This document shows positions 40,804 through 54,449 of a stretch of DNA of 64,000 nucleotides, piece after piece (position 1 is the first letter of the stretch; each line of letters opens with the position of its first letter). The stretch is taken from the NCBI GenBank assembly GCA_951406725.2, contig OX597820.1, forward strand, positions 115,506,001-115,570,000, written 5' to 3'. This DNA comes from Octopus vulgaris. Taxonomy: Eukaryota. A program made the translations under genes and the position numbers. The notes under the pieces were generated by a model. That model ran no database searches. It was not told the DNA's origin and saw only the letters and a list, made by a program, of their open reading frames with translations.

Positions 40804-41911
40804 CTGTGTTTGTCCCCCTAGCATTGCTTGACAACTGATGCTGGTGTGTTTACGTCCCCGTTACTTAGCGGTTCGGCAAAAGAGACCGATAGAATAAGTA
40901 CTGGGCCTACAAAAGAATAAGTCCCAGGGTCGAGTTGTTCGATTAAAGGCGGTGCTCCAGCATGGCCGCAGTCAAATGACTGAAACAAGTAAAAGAGTAA
41001 ATACTAAGCAATAACCATGAACAAATATTTGTTTTTCATTTTACATTCATTTAAACAAAAGCATCTTGATAAGAAATAAATGACATTCAGAATTTATTTA
41101 TTTTAAAAAAAATAAAATCGTGGTGAATAATTCTTTCCTTTCATGTCTTTCATTCATTAAGCTATTTGAACTCGTTTAGAGATTGTATTATTTGCAAATC
41201 TTGACAAAGTATAATCAGACACCACTAACAAATAACAGTAACTGAACTATAAATGGTGATTCCAAAATACATTAAAATAATTCAGAAATGTAAATAAAAT
41301 TGGTATGTAATCTGCGTACTAAAACATTAATTTTCTGTTAAATTATTTCGTATTTAAAAATGGTCCTTTGTAAAGAAGCACTGGAACACATTTCTTTGAC
41401 TTGATAGCCATATGGGAGTTAGACTATGTAATACTTATCCAAAATATACAAAAATACTTTGCATCTCATTAACATGTGGCAATACTTAAAAATATGCTTT
41501 AAAAACAAAAAAATCTTGTTCTTTTTACTCTTATTTATCATGTCATGTTTTCAAAAGTGAATGTGTATTGTATCCAAATCTGTATTGAATGCAACTCATT
41601 CAATTAATTAAATATTTGCATGTAAAAAGCATCATCTGAACATGGCCTATACTAGTACCCCATGACTGGCCCCTGTGCCGGTGGCATGTAAAAAGCTCTA
41701 TCCGAACGTGGTCGATGCCAGGTCCGCCTGACTGGATCCTGTGCCAGTGGCACATAAAAAGTACCCTCTACACTCTCAGAGTGATTGGCATTAGGAAGGG
41801 CATCCAACTGTCAAAACCTTGCCAAATCAGATTGGAGCCTGGTGCAGCCGCTGGCTCTCCAAACCTCAGTGAACCCGTCCAACCCATGACAGCATAGAAA
41901 ATGGACATTAA

Positions 41912-41947
<36 letters not shown>

Positions 41948-42305
41948 CAAAAAATCAGTCAACTAGCTGGAGAAATCACACCTCATTATCTTAAACAGAA
42001 TAGACACATTGGTTAATGAAGTTGATTGTAATGTCTTTGAACAGAGGTCTTCCAGGACTAAACAACAACTTAATTGTTTTTGATGCAATATAAATTGTTT
42101 CAGAGATAATGAGAAGTTTTATTTTAAACATTTAGACATCGCTAATTTCATGCATATTATTATCTCAAATTCACAAAGCTTTTCTTTTTAGATATGATTT
42201 TCAAAAAGAATTGATGTTTGTTCATTTCTTTTATGTTTCTGCTTTGAATTTTTGTTTTATTCATTTATTCATTTATTTATTAAATATTTACATTTATAAT
42301 TTCAG

Positions 42306-42400
42306 CTGAGCGGAAAACTTCTCTTGGGAAAGAATGGCACCCAAGATGTCTACGTTGTGACCAATGTGATAAAGTTTTAGCACCAGGTCAACATGCTGAA
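42306..42400 (+). CDS. RASSF: Internal exon of a LIM-domain gene (CRIP-type LIM, best resembling invertebrate LIM-containing RASSF2/4-like protein)
   Basis: Acceptor tttcag|, donor |gtaagt; 95 nt, phase 1 to 0. Translates (A)[31 protein letters not shown] with the LIM H-x2-C-x2-C-x2-C ligands. AERK, WHP.CLRC and PGQHAE match my recollection of insect RASSF LIM better than CRIP1 (AERV, WHRPC, GGHAE). The RA and SARAH domains are not in the window, so the symbol is less certain than the exon. Confidence 0.9.
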
Positions 42401-42472
42401 GTAAGTGCAGAGAATTTCTTTGAAGAATTTTAGTGCCATTGATACAGTGTCTATGTTTGCTTAATTACCTTA

Positions 42473-42733
42473 TGCTGTATGGGGAACCTGTACACCCCCG
42501 TGATTGGCTAAGTGAACTATACTAGTTAGTATAAATGAGCATGTGCAGAAGAGTGTGAGAAGAGTGTCATATGCGCTGTCATAGTGTACAGGTCGTAGGA
42601 ATTATTGAATAGAGATATCGTGGAGTGCTTGTTGAAGATACACAGTTGGAGAGTAATAAGAGAACATCAGAAACGTTTGATATTATAACAGTTCAGATAT
42701 AACAGTGACGACAAGAAGTCGTATGTCATATCA
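42473..42733 (+). mobile_element. Solo LTR or internally deleted LTR element
   Basis: TG...CA termini flanked by a 5-bp TSD CCTTA (42468-42472 and 42734-42738). Contains ATTGG, TATAAA and a PBS-like ATAACA-GTGACGACAAG near 42700. Confidence 0.75.
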
Positions 42734-44608
42734 CCTTAATTAATCATTTCTGCTCTAAGCACAAGGCTTGAGGTTTTGGGGAGGGAGCAAGTTGATTATA
42801 TCAGCCCCAGTGCTCAACCGGTATCTATTTCAATGACGCTGAAAGGATGAAAGGCAAAGTCAACCTCAGCAGCATTTGAACTCAGAATGCAATGACAAAT
42901 GATATGCCTTTAAGCATTTTCTTTGGAGTGCTAATGGTTCTGCCAGCTTACCTTAATTAATAGAATGGTAAATATCTAACACTGAAATGAATGTAGGGAA
43001 CCAGAGGCCTTAGGGTGGCCCTCTTTGTTGTCTGAGCATTTTGATTCTTAATGTTTTTGAGAATCACTTTGCATTTCATCTTTTTTGTGATGAGAAAATA
43101 AGTACCAGTAATTCTACTGGGTGAAAGATTAGATAAAGAACAAAGAAATTACTGATGTAAGTATAATCATTTATCTTTTACTTGTTTCAGTAATTGGACT
43201 GCAACTCTGCTAGGGCACCATCTTGAAGAGTTTCAGCTGAATAGGTCACTCCCAGGCCTTATTCAAAGTCTAGTACTTATTCTATTGGTCTCTTTTGCTG
43301 ACCAGCTAAGTTACATGGACACAAACAAACCAACACCAGTTATCAGATGGTGATGGAGGGACAAACACAAATACAAAGACACACACAGTGAGCTTCCACA
43401 CAGTTTCCGTTTGCCTAACTCACTCAGAAGGCATTGGTCATTTCAGGTATATAGTAGAAAACACTTGCCCACCGTGCCACACAGTAGGACTGAACTCAAA
43501 ATCACATGGTCACAAAGTGAGCTTCCTAACCCCACAGCCACATCTGTGCTTAAGTAGAGATATATGTATAAATAGTAGCAGACTGAAATAAGTAGTAAGG
43601 TTGATATTATTGACTAAAGCCACAACCACTATGCCCCAGCTTGGCCACAGTCCAGTGACTGAAACCAATGAAACAATACAAGGATAGAAGAGCAGCTGGT
43701 TGTTTACCATATTTGATGATATAAAAGACACATGAGCATAAAAGACACCCTCCAATTCCATCATCATCGTCGTCATCGTCATCATCATTTAACATCTGTT
43801 TTCCCTACTGGCATGGGTCGGACGGCTTCACAGGAGCTGGCAAGCCAGAGAGCAACACCAGGCTCCAATTGTCTGTTTTGACATGGTTTCTGTGCCAAAA
43901 CAGAATGTTCTGAGTGCTTTATACATAGCACCAGCCTATTCCAATTTTAGCACTGCATATTCAGGAAAAGAAGTTTTTTTCTAGCATTAATGCATATATT
44001 ATAGGCCCATGTTCACATATGGGACCCAGGGTGATGTTCTCGAGACATTTGTGGAGAGGTGGAAGTGCCTTCAAGTATTGTAGTTTATTCTTGTTGTTCC
44101 AACCAACACCTAATTAACCCTCTTTAACTCATTTAAATGATAGTTTCTACAAGTTCTTTGTGTTGTTATTAATCTCTCACTAGTCTTCATCTTAATTATT
44201 TCTCCCACATTTTGTGAATTTTACAAAATCCAATGATATAAATTATTTTGTTTCTAGCTTTCCCTCTCTCACTCTCTCTTGCTCTCTCTCTCTCTCTATC
44301 TCTTATTTTTTCTCTCTCTCTGACTTTCAGTCACTCTCTTTCTTTCTGTCTGACTTTCTCTGAGCATCAAGTTCTCTTTCTTCCTCTCTGTCTGTCTCTC
44401 ACTCACTCTGTCCTTTATGCTCTCTCTTTGCTATTTTTCATTGTTACTCATACTCTCTTGCTATATCTCTCTCTCTCTTACTCTCTAACTTACTCTCTCT
44501 TTTGTCTCCACCTTCCTTGATCTCCTTCTAACTCTCCTTATCCTCTCCTGCCATTTTCTATTCTCTCTCCTCCTCTCTCTCTCTCTCCATATTATACACT
44601 CTATTGCC

Positions 44609-44640
<32 letters not shown>

Positions 44641-44718
44641 AACTACCTCTAACTTACTCTCCCTTTTGCCTCCACCTTCCATGATCTCCTTCTACCTCTC
44701 CTTGTCCTCCCTTTTCTC

Positions 44719-44761
<43 letters not shown>

Positions 44762-45370
44762 TTATACACTCTCTTACCCTCTCACTTTTATACTCTTTCA
44801 CACATCCATGTGATTTTAGCAGGGAAATAATTTCTGTTCCATCAAGGTTTCAGCCACAAATGTTAAAGTTATTAATGTTGACAACAGCAAGATAATAAAT
44901 TACAGGTTTAGGAGAAGAAGACTTGTCGTGTGAGAGTATTTGTTTCCCAGGGTGAAATCTTATGTATCCTTTGTGTGTTAGGTTTTTGCTGGACATTGTC
45001 TGACCCATTGCCATCATGGAACACGAACATTAAATGATGAGGATGATGATGAGGAGGATAGCATTGAAATTCCATCAATTCACTCTAACCCTCTCCACTC
45101 CTCTCTCTTCTTGTTGATGCATATGTGCGTGCACACACATACACATATACACACATGCACATATACATGCACACACACATTCTCTCTTCTCTTTCTATCA
45201 ATGCATGTATGCACACACAAGCTCACACACACACACAATCTCTCTCTCTCTCTCTCCCTCTCTCCCTCCCTCATACACACCTGCACATACACACACAAAC
45301 TTTCTCCCTTTTTCTCTCTCCTTCACTCTACACCTCTCTCTCTCCGTCTTTTCTTCCTATCAATGCATGT

Positions 45371-45407
<37 letters not shown>

Positions 45408-45412
45408 ACTCT

Positions 45413-45444
<32 letters not shown>

Positions 45445-45624
45445 CCTTTCCTTGCACTTCCCATTGGACTGGGGTGTCACCCTGATGGTTTCTTAGGTGG
45501 CTATATTAACTCCAGGATTTTCTATGTTATTTACTTTATCGAACTTGCAGCAGGATGAAAACCAAAGTCAACAAAGTATAAAGGAACGAATGATATGGAT
45601 TAAATGCCACAAGGATTTTCATCA

Positions 45625-45697
45625 CAACACCCATATGCACACAACACCCATATGCACACAACACCCATATGCACACAACACCCATATGCACACAACA
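45625..45697 (+). repeat. 17-bp minisatellite, 4 copies
   Basis: (caacacccatatgcaca)4. Confidence 0.9.
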
Positions 45698-46809
45698 GAT
45701 TACCTCACAGTTTCCATTTATCAAACTTCACTCACCAAGCTTTTATTTGGCCCTCTCCCTATAAATAAAAGAGATTTTCCAAAGTGCCATACATTGGAAT
45801 TGAACCTGGTGCCACATTATTGCAAACCACACAGCTATGCCTGTGTGCATAATGTGTGTGTAATATATGTTATATAATATACATGATACTCATATCATAT
45901 GTATTTAATCTTGCTCCGAAATTAGCCTCTCAGGGGCCTCTTCAGCAGCTTTGGATGAAGATCAAGCTGACTAGTTTTGGTGTTATTTAACCCTTTTATA
46001 AACATATTTCTGTTGAAATTCATTGCCTTTTTGCAATTAATTCCGAAAATAGCAAAGAATTTAGTGAAATAACTTTGTCATTTTTAAGCTGTATTTGGAG
46101 CATAAATGAACGTGAAATTTTGATGGGAGGTTTTAATTTAAATCACATTAAAATAGGAAGCTTGTACCAAAGACCTGGAGGTTGGTATTAAAAGGGACAA
46201 CAATTCATTAGGATTCATTCACATTTCCCTTGTAAACTGCCGATAAGAGTAGTGGAAGGCGACTCATTAAATTGCGATCAATACAGCTCATTTACATAAT
46301 GGTGAGAGGTTCATTGCCTGACAGTAAACACAGTGTGGATTCAGGGTTAGTAGATCAATTTCATAAAAAATAGCACAATTAGCTATCAGTGACTCCTCTC
46401 CCTGCCTTTGTTCCCCCCTCACTGTAGAGACCCCTCTGTCCATCTGACACCCACCTCTGTCACTGTAAACGCCCTCTGCCACTCTGCAGATCATATCCAT
46501 ATTTGGTTGATCTAACAGTCAGTTTATTATGCTGCTGCCCTTTTCCCTTTCCATCCTGCCATTCATCACCTCCTCCTTGAGCCATTCCTACTTCTCTTTC
46601 ATCTTCCCCTCCCCCATACTGATATCTACCATTGATATCTACCAAACCCCACCTTGGTTCCATTTACTACATCCACTTCTCTCCCCATCTCTAACCATGT
46701 GTCATTCTTCTCACCCACCCACCTGTCCCAATCCTCTGTATTCTATGTTATATTCACCTTATTGTAACTTGTGAGTATGCTCTAACACGTCCTCACCACC
46801 ATCATTGTT

Positions 46810-46812
<3 letters not shown>

Positions 46813-46841
<29 letters not shown>

Positions 46842-47471
46842 TTAACGTCCGTTTTCCATGCTAGCATGGTTTGGATGGTTCAACTGGGGTCTGGCAAGCC
46901 AGGAGGCTGCACCAGGCTCCAGTCTGATCTGGCAGTGTTTCTACAGCTGGATGCCCTTCCTGACACCAACCACTCTGTGAGTGTAGTGGGTGATTTTTAT
47001 GTGGCACCAGCACAGGGGCCAGAGGAGGCTGGCATCAACCACGATTGGATGGTGCTTTTTACATGCCACTGACACAGGGATCACAACTACAATTTCTATT
47101 TGATTTTCATTTTGATGTTGTTGATGTACTTGACTCAACAGGTCCCCTCAAGCACAGCATGTTGCCCTATGATCCAAGGTACTTTTGAATGGGCTGGGGC
47201 TGGTTATGCGAAACTGGTGTAGGAAACAGCCATGAACTCACTTTATTTGCCAGGTCTTTGCAGTCACAGCATATCTCCAGAGGTCTCGATCTTTCATCAT
47301 TGCCTCTGTGAGGCCCAATGTTCAAAGGTCATGCTTCACCACCTCATTCCATGTCTTCCTGGGTCTACTTCTACCCCGGATTCCTTCAACTGTTTGGGAG
47401 TGGCACTTCTTCACACAGCTGTCTTCATCCACCCCTAGTACAAGACCATACCAGCACAAACGTCTTCTTTC
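46813..47471 (-). mobile_element. RTE-clade LINE 3' end with (GAT)n tail
   Basis: ERRRLCWYGLVLGVDEDSCVKKC...VEGIRGRSRPRKTWNEVVKHDL*TLGLTEAMMKDRDLWR, then a 3' UTR ending ccatgctagcatggaaaacggacgttaaa(tga)n. The same tail recurs as 5'-truncated copies near 10170, 10400, 24370, 26430, 32370, 32760, 41620, 48110 and 54310. Confidence 0.88.
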
Positions 47472-47878
47472 TAGCTATTCCAAGCCACCCACATATAATG
47501 TGGAGTAGTCAGGTGTCTCCTCTCTAGCAAGACACCTGTACCTGTCCCTGCTATACGTTAGCTTCTTAACACCTGTCATAAAGCTACCTCCTCCTTGACT
47601 ACTAATGCACTTAGTCGAGGGGTTTGTTCTTTGTTTTGCAAGTTATTTAGTGATCTGAATAGTGCTAGTGTCATGGAAAAAAGCACCCAGGACACTCTGC
47701 AAAATGGTTGGCATTAAGAAGGACATCCAGCCATGAAACCATACCTAAGCAGACATTGAAGCACAATACAGTCATCTGGCATGTTTGATGCTATCAAACT
47801 GCCCAGCCCATACCAGCACGGAAGATGGTATGGGCTCTGGACAGTTAAATGGTGATGATGGTGTTATTGTCAGTGGCA

Positions 47879-47921
<43 letters not shown>

Positions 47922-48003
47922 GGTGGTGGTGGTGGTGGTGGTGGTGGTGGTAGAAGTAGTAGTAGTAGTAGTGGTGGTGGTGGTGGTTTTGGTGGTAGTG
48001 GTG

Positions 48004-48037
<34 letters not shown>

Positions 48038-49524
48038 CAGCAGCAGCAGCAGTATATGATTACTTGTAGTTCAGTTCTATTTTATTTAGTTAATAATTTA
48101 GAATGATATTGATCAAGTGAAATTGTTACCGTGACCAATTCCAATGCCACCTGCCTGGCATGTAAAAAGCACCATTCAAGCGTGGCCGATGCCAGTACTA
48201 ATGGCATGTAAGTAGCACCATTTGCGCGTGGTTGATGCCAGTGCTGCCTGACTGGCTCCTGTGCCAGTGGCATGTAGAAAGCACCCACTATACTCTCGGA
48301 GTGGTTGGCGTTAGGAAGGGCATCCAGCTGTTGAAACCTTACCACATCAGATTGGAGCCTGGTGCAGCCTCCTGGCTTGCCAGTCCTCAGTCAAACCATC
48401 CAGCCCATACCTGTACGGAAAGCGGATGTTAAATGATGATGATGATTCAGTAGGATTCTTATATGCATAAATTATAATTTCTAAAATAGCTAGTAATCCA
48501 AATTACAATGGTAATGGTGTGCAGTCTTGAAAAGTTGCATAGCCTCATTACATCCATGTGTGGGTTGTGAATAAGAAATAGACGGACTCATGTCTCTCTC
48601 TATATATATCTATCTATTTTGTGTCACTGAGAAATTAATCTGGTGATGGCCTTCCAGGTAGCCTGAGATGAGGATTTACCTAAATGGCTTTGTTGTTATT
48701 TATCAATTCAAGATCCTCTCACCTTGTATTTGTTTTTGTTTCATATGTTCTATCATTTACTTGCTTCAATCATTAAACAGTGGCCATGCTGGGGCACCAC
48801 CTTGAGGAATTTTAGTTCAATGAATTGACCCCAATATTTATTTTCTGCTTCAGCCTGGTATTTATTCTGTTGGTTTCATTTGCTGAACTGCTAAGTTATG
48901 GGAATGTAAACACATTAACAGTGGGGGGAGACAAACACACACACACACACACGCACACACACGCACGCACGACTTTGTTCTTTCAGTTTCTGTCTATCAA
49001 ATCCACTCACAAGCTTTCGGTTGGCCTTGTGGCATAGTAGAAGATATTTGCCCAAGGTACCATGCAGTGGGACTGAACCAGGAACCATGTAGTTGGGAAG
49101 CAAACCTCTTACCACACAGCCATGCCTGTGCTCTAGTTTATGTCTTCTTCTTCTTCTTCTTCTTCAACTTCACCTAGATTGTAAAAAGTAATATAGCTAG
49201 ATATAACTGCCACAGAATAAATCAAAATAAACTGTTGATGGACAAAAGAGATAAATAAAATGGGTAAATCATTGAGAAGGAATAAAAGGAAGGATGGGGA
49301 GCGTGGGAGAAAAATATACCAAAATAGAACTGGATAAGAAAACTGTTCTTTATTCATAAGTCTATTTCTATCTGTATGTATATCTTATGTTAGTTATTAC
49401 AGAATATTGAATTCATTTGGAGCTACAATTTATTCAATTATTTCTCTGATTTACAATAAACATATTTCCTAAAAACACCTGCTACCACTATTGTTATTTG
49501 GAATCCATAAGTATTATAGATTGT

Positions 49525-49898
49525 GGAGGCACAATGGCCCAGTGGTTAGGGCAGCAGACTTGCAGTCATAGGATCGTGGTTTCGACTCCCAGACCGAGTG
49601 TTGTGAGTGTTTATTGAGCAAAGACACCTAAAGCTCCACAAGGCTCCGGCAGGTGGGGGTGGCGAACCCTGCTGTACTCTTTCACCACAACTTTCTCTCA
49701 CTCTTTCCTCCTGTTTCTGTTGTATCTGTATTTCAAAGGGGCCAGCCTTGTCACACTCTGTGTCATTTCCCCAAGGACTACGTTAAGAGTACATGTGTCT
49801 GTGGAGTGCTCAGCCACTTGCACGTCAATTTCACAAGCAGGCTGTTCCATTGATCAGATCATCTGGAACCCTCATCGTCGTAACCAACAGAGTGCCAC
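49525..49898 (+). mobile_element. tRNA-derived SINE family C
   Basis: Head GGAGGCACAATGGCCCAGTGGTTAGGGCAGCAGACTTGCAGTC...GGTTTCGACTCC (A and B boxes), then about 300 nt of unrelated body. Not a complete tRNA cloverleaf. Confidence 0.75.
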
Positions 49899-50430
49899 GA
49901 TTATGGATTGTGTATTCTATTTCCTCTCTTTGTGTATTTTATTGACTAACTGTGTGACGTATTGACTATTAAGGTCACTAACTATCATGCTCTATATCTC
50001 CTAATGATTAGTTCGCTGTTTGATTGCCACTTAAAGTCGAGTATTCAACAAAAGTTTACTGCTGTATTTAGTTACATCAATTCAGGTTCTGAGTTCAATT
50101 TTTGCTGAGATTTTCAAGTACCACCCAAGTACTAAGATTACAACTATTCCTGTCCATGGAATTTTGCAGCCTTGGGTCCTAAGCTAGAAATTATAATTAG
50201 TAAAATGAATTAAACTTTGTTTTTACAGGAAGAAAAGATCAAATTATCAAGAAAATAATCTCCCATAACTACATGAGTGGCTGTGTGGTAAGTGGCTTGT
50301 TTACCAACCACATGGTCCTGGATTCAGTCCCACTGCGTGGTACCTTGGGCAAGTGTCTTCTAGTATAGCCTCAGGCTGACCAAAACCATGTAAGTGGATT
50401 TGGTAGACGGAAACTGAAAGAAGTCCATCG

Positions 50431-50462
<32 letters not shown>

Positions 50463-52139
50463 TACATATATATATGTATGTTTGTGTGTGTTTGTGTGTC
50501 TGTTTATCCCCCTATCATCACTTGACAACCGATGCTGGTGTGTTTACGTCCCCCGTAACCTAGTGGTTTGGCAAAAGAGACTGATAGAATAAGTATTAGG
50601 TTTACAAGAATAAGTTCTGGGGTCAGTTTGTTTGCCTAACGGTGGTGCTCTAGCATGGCTACACTCAAATAACTGAAGCAAATAAAAGAATACCTTACTA
50701 AGGAAACAAAGAAACTGACAATAAAAAAGTGGGGAAGAAGCGGAAGAAGATGGTGGGGAGGGGTAGGGAGTAACCCCAGAACAAATGGTGTGTTTGGCCA
50801 TACCTTGCAAACATGATTGCAAAGGTATTACCAAGGGGAATGGAACAGTGAGGGGGGGAGTGGCTGCTGCAGCAAGTGTCATTGGTAGAATTGTTAAAGT
50901 GTTGGACAAAATGCATTGCAGCCTTGCAGTGTTTGTTCTGTACATTCTGAGTTCAAATCCTGTCATGGTCAACTTTGCCTTTCATCCTTCCAAGGTTGAC
51001 AAAATAAAGTACCAGTTAAGTATTCATTGTCGTCGTTGTCGTCGTCATCGTCATCATCGTCATCATCATCATCATCACCATCGTCATCATTTTCATCCTC
51101 AGCCCCTGGACATCATTGTCTTCTAGGATTCGTAGGGTCAGTTACCCAATTTCCATGGTATAACAGTAATTGAGATCACAACATTCCTACAGAATGGGAC
51201 ACAAGTCCTTTCCAGGGTTATTCGTCTACAGCTGAGTGAGCTGATGCTATGTGAAATGAAGTGTTTTGCTCAAGAATACAATGCACTGGGAACTGAAACT
51301 ACTATCTTGCAATCATGAGTGCAACACCCTAACTTCTAGCCTATGTACCTTTACTGGGGTCAATATAATTACTTCACTGGGATCAGTGTTATTCTCCCTG
51401 CAAATTTTTGACTTTGTGCCTGTGTTACAATCAATTATTATTATTGGTGGGAGCGAAAGGGTGTGATCAGTTGATAGAATCGGTACAGTGCCAGATATGT
51501 CACTTTGGTGAAGGTGGTGGACTGGAAGAACCCTTTCAGTTCTAAGACTAAATTCCTCCTCGTATTTGTTCCAGCTCTTCCACTTTTATCCTTCCAGAGC
51601 TAATAACAAGGTACCAATTTAATATGGAGATTAGAGTGGAGAGCTGGCAAAATTGTTAACACGCTGGGCAAAATGCTCCATGGCATTTCACCCATCTTTA
51701 TGTTCTGCAATCAAATTCTGCTGAGGTCGACTTTGCTTTTCATCCTTTTGAGTTTGATAAAATAAGTACCAGTTGAGCACTGGGGCCCATGTAACCGACT
51801 TACCCCTACCAAAAAAAAAAAAAAAAGAAAAAATCGCTGGCCTTGTGCCAAAATTTGAAACCAGTTTGATATGGAGATAAATTTAACTAACCCTTTTCCT
51901 AAGAAATAGATTATGTGGATTTCATTTTAAAAACTAATGATTCTGTCAAAATGATTTGGTCCCAACATTGAGAAAATCTTACAACATCATATAAAAGTTT
52001 TCCTTTGTTGGCTTATGTTGGCTCAGTTACTTGTTGGCTCAAGTAACTGAGTCCATGTATTAACAATAGTTCCTCTAGTTTAGAATTACTTCATTTCAGT
52101 TTTAGCCTTTCAAATTAGAACATTTAAGACTTCTATATT

Positions 52140-52390
52140 AATTGATTGGCATTACTAGAAAAGCTGAAAGTACAGACACCTATCGTTGAGAACCAAGTTC
52201 ACAAAGCTTCATATTATGGACGTACAAAGCAGCATGAGTCACTGCCCAAGACCAACTTGAGGGCAAAAATGCTTGTATACTGACAAGATCAAAGAATGGA
52301 TTGGAATCAAGAACCTGGCTGATTGTATGCATCCATAACAACACAGAGGAAACTGGAGAGTCTTGGAAAGCTGACCCTTGGACACAGGAG
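52140..52390 (+). mobile_element. Old RTE-like LINE C-terminal remnant
   Basis: Patchy translation LSYYG.TKQHESLPKT...DKIKEW.GIKNLADC...HRGNWR. Confidence 0.45.
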
Positions 52391-52626
52391 AGACACTTAA
52401 CTGACAGTTGATTAATTCAATGTAGTTAATCAGAAGGATACAACTAATGATAAAAAGCCAAGTCTAGGGTACAGATATTTGATGCATTGATATTTTGTTT
52501 TAGATTAACTAGAACAGAGATTATTGTTTTACAAATTATTTTTTCTAACGAACATACCATAATCAAAATTACTCTTGTTTTCATTCATTATAAATCTAAT
52601 TAATTTCTTTTTTTTCTCCTTTGTAG

Positions 52627-52787
52627 CACAAAGGTCTTCCTTACTGCAATCAATGTTACCAGGCATTGTATGGCCCTCAGATGTGCGGATATGGCTCAAA
52701 CGTGTTTTCTCAAGCAAATTATCGGAAAAAGTTAACAATACCTATCAGAAAACATGGAACTAAGGATCCTCCTACTTTACGCAAAAG
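52627..52787 (+). CDS. RASSF: Next exon of the LIM/RASSF-like gene: end of the LIM domain plus linker
   Basis: Polypyrimidine acceptor tttttctcctttgtag|, phase 0, in frame with the previous exon. Translates HKGLPYCNQCYQALYGPQMCGYGSNVFSQANYRKKLTIPIRKHGTKDPPTLRK, then AG|gttggt (phase 2). Supplies the last C-x2-C and the Y/FGP-x-G-x-G tail of CRIP/RASSF LIMs. Without splicing it would read RLVSTKKN to a stop at 52812. Confidence 0.88.
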
Positions 52788-54449
52788 GTTGGTATCTACT
52801 AAGAAGAACTAACATTGAGACTTTTGTTTTGAAGTTGTAATGGTTAATTCTCTAATCACTGGAAGTCTTTGCCTTATCCTTACCTCTTTTCATTTGTCTC
52901 TTTTTTTAGTCATGAATGGAGACATTCTATAAAAGATAAAATTACTAGCTATTCAGATAAAAATTTCATTATCAGGTTAAATCTAATTATTTCATGAAAT
53001 TAAAGATAACTGATGACTAGTTATAGAGATGATTAACGTTTAGTGAGTTTTAGTTGATTAGATTCTCCCATAATTTTGAGTTAACTGATAGTATAAGTGT
53101 AGACAATTTATAAACAAGTTTTATTAATCTTTCTATTAATTTACACACAATGTACATCAACCAACTCTTCTTTCTGATAAGCTTAATGTTCAAACTTCAC
53201 TAATTAACACTGCAATTATCTATTTAGTGCTTAATTTGTGCCTGCTCTTGCTAATTTTAAGTTATGTTCTTTCTGTTTTTATATCTTGCTAATGATATTT
53301 ATTCAAATTTGTCATTTGTTTTATTTCTTTGACATATTTTATTGTAACATAAACAGAACTGTACTTGGACCTAAATTTCACTTCAAATTAATTTAGTCTA
53401 CTCAGCTTAACGAGGACAAACACACTCACACACACACTGGCATGCATGCGAATACAAACATACACATATACACATGTACGTACAGGTACATCTATGCAAT
53501 CATTATTTTTGCAGGAAATAGATATTTAAGCCATCACTTATCATAAACATTATTTTACTTTTTTCAGTTACATGTTATATTTCAAAGGCTTTTTAGACCA
53601 CATATCACATGATCTATCTGTGTGTAATTGATATAGTTTTTAACTGTAAGCACATAAGAAGAGCTACTGGAATTTTTTAGGCTAATAAAATGAATTTGGT
53701 CTCAAAATAAATCCTAACAACAACACAGTGAAATTACTAGATCAACAGTAGTAAAAACCCAATTTTTTGCAGGGTGGGACAAGGATGTGTTTTAATGTGT
53801 GCACAGCATTTGTAAATGTTATTTTAGAAGACCGAATATTTTAAAATGTACTTAGTTACATGGTCTTTACAACTTTATCTGCTGTAGTTAAGAGGAATGT
53901 TTTAAAAAAAAGTCTCACTTCATTCTGGTAACAGAAAAATTTTCTTTCTAATATCTGTCCTACATATGATGGATATATTAAAAAGATTATTGCTGAGCTG
54001 CAGGACTGAGTATCTAGGACTACATTATCTAATATGTTCGTTTTTTTTTTTAAGATAGAAGGGTGTTGTTTGAGAGAGAGATTTGACTGCTATTTTTAGC
54101 AGGTTGACCCCCAAGTATAGAATGTTGGGAAAATAAACATGTGAATGGTGACATCTTTTAAAAAACCACTTGATGAATGAGAAGTTGAATTTGAATGGGC
54201 TAACAAACAGAATAGCAAGAGATGAATAAGTTAATAAACGAAATAACTGGGGATAAACGAGTTAACAAACACAATCACTGGAAATGATGTAGACTTAGCA
54301 AACTAATCATCTTCATCATTTGACATCCGTTTTCCATGCTGGCATGGGTTGGATGGTATGAAGGGAGCTGGCAGGCTGGAGAGTTGCACCAATTGTGTTT
54401 GCAATAGCTTGATGCCCTTCCTAATGGCAGCCACTTTGCAGAGTGTACT

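Larger units (their letters stand above)
38268..41350. repeat. Near-identical inverted duplication
   Basis: 38268-38516 is the reverse complement of 41103-41350; 38570-39093 is the reverse complement of 39337-39862. Confidence 0.92.

Noticed and set aside
49525-49600. tRNA gene
   Set aside because: The acceptor stem does not close and the sequence continues into a SINE body.
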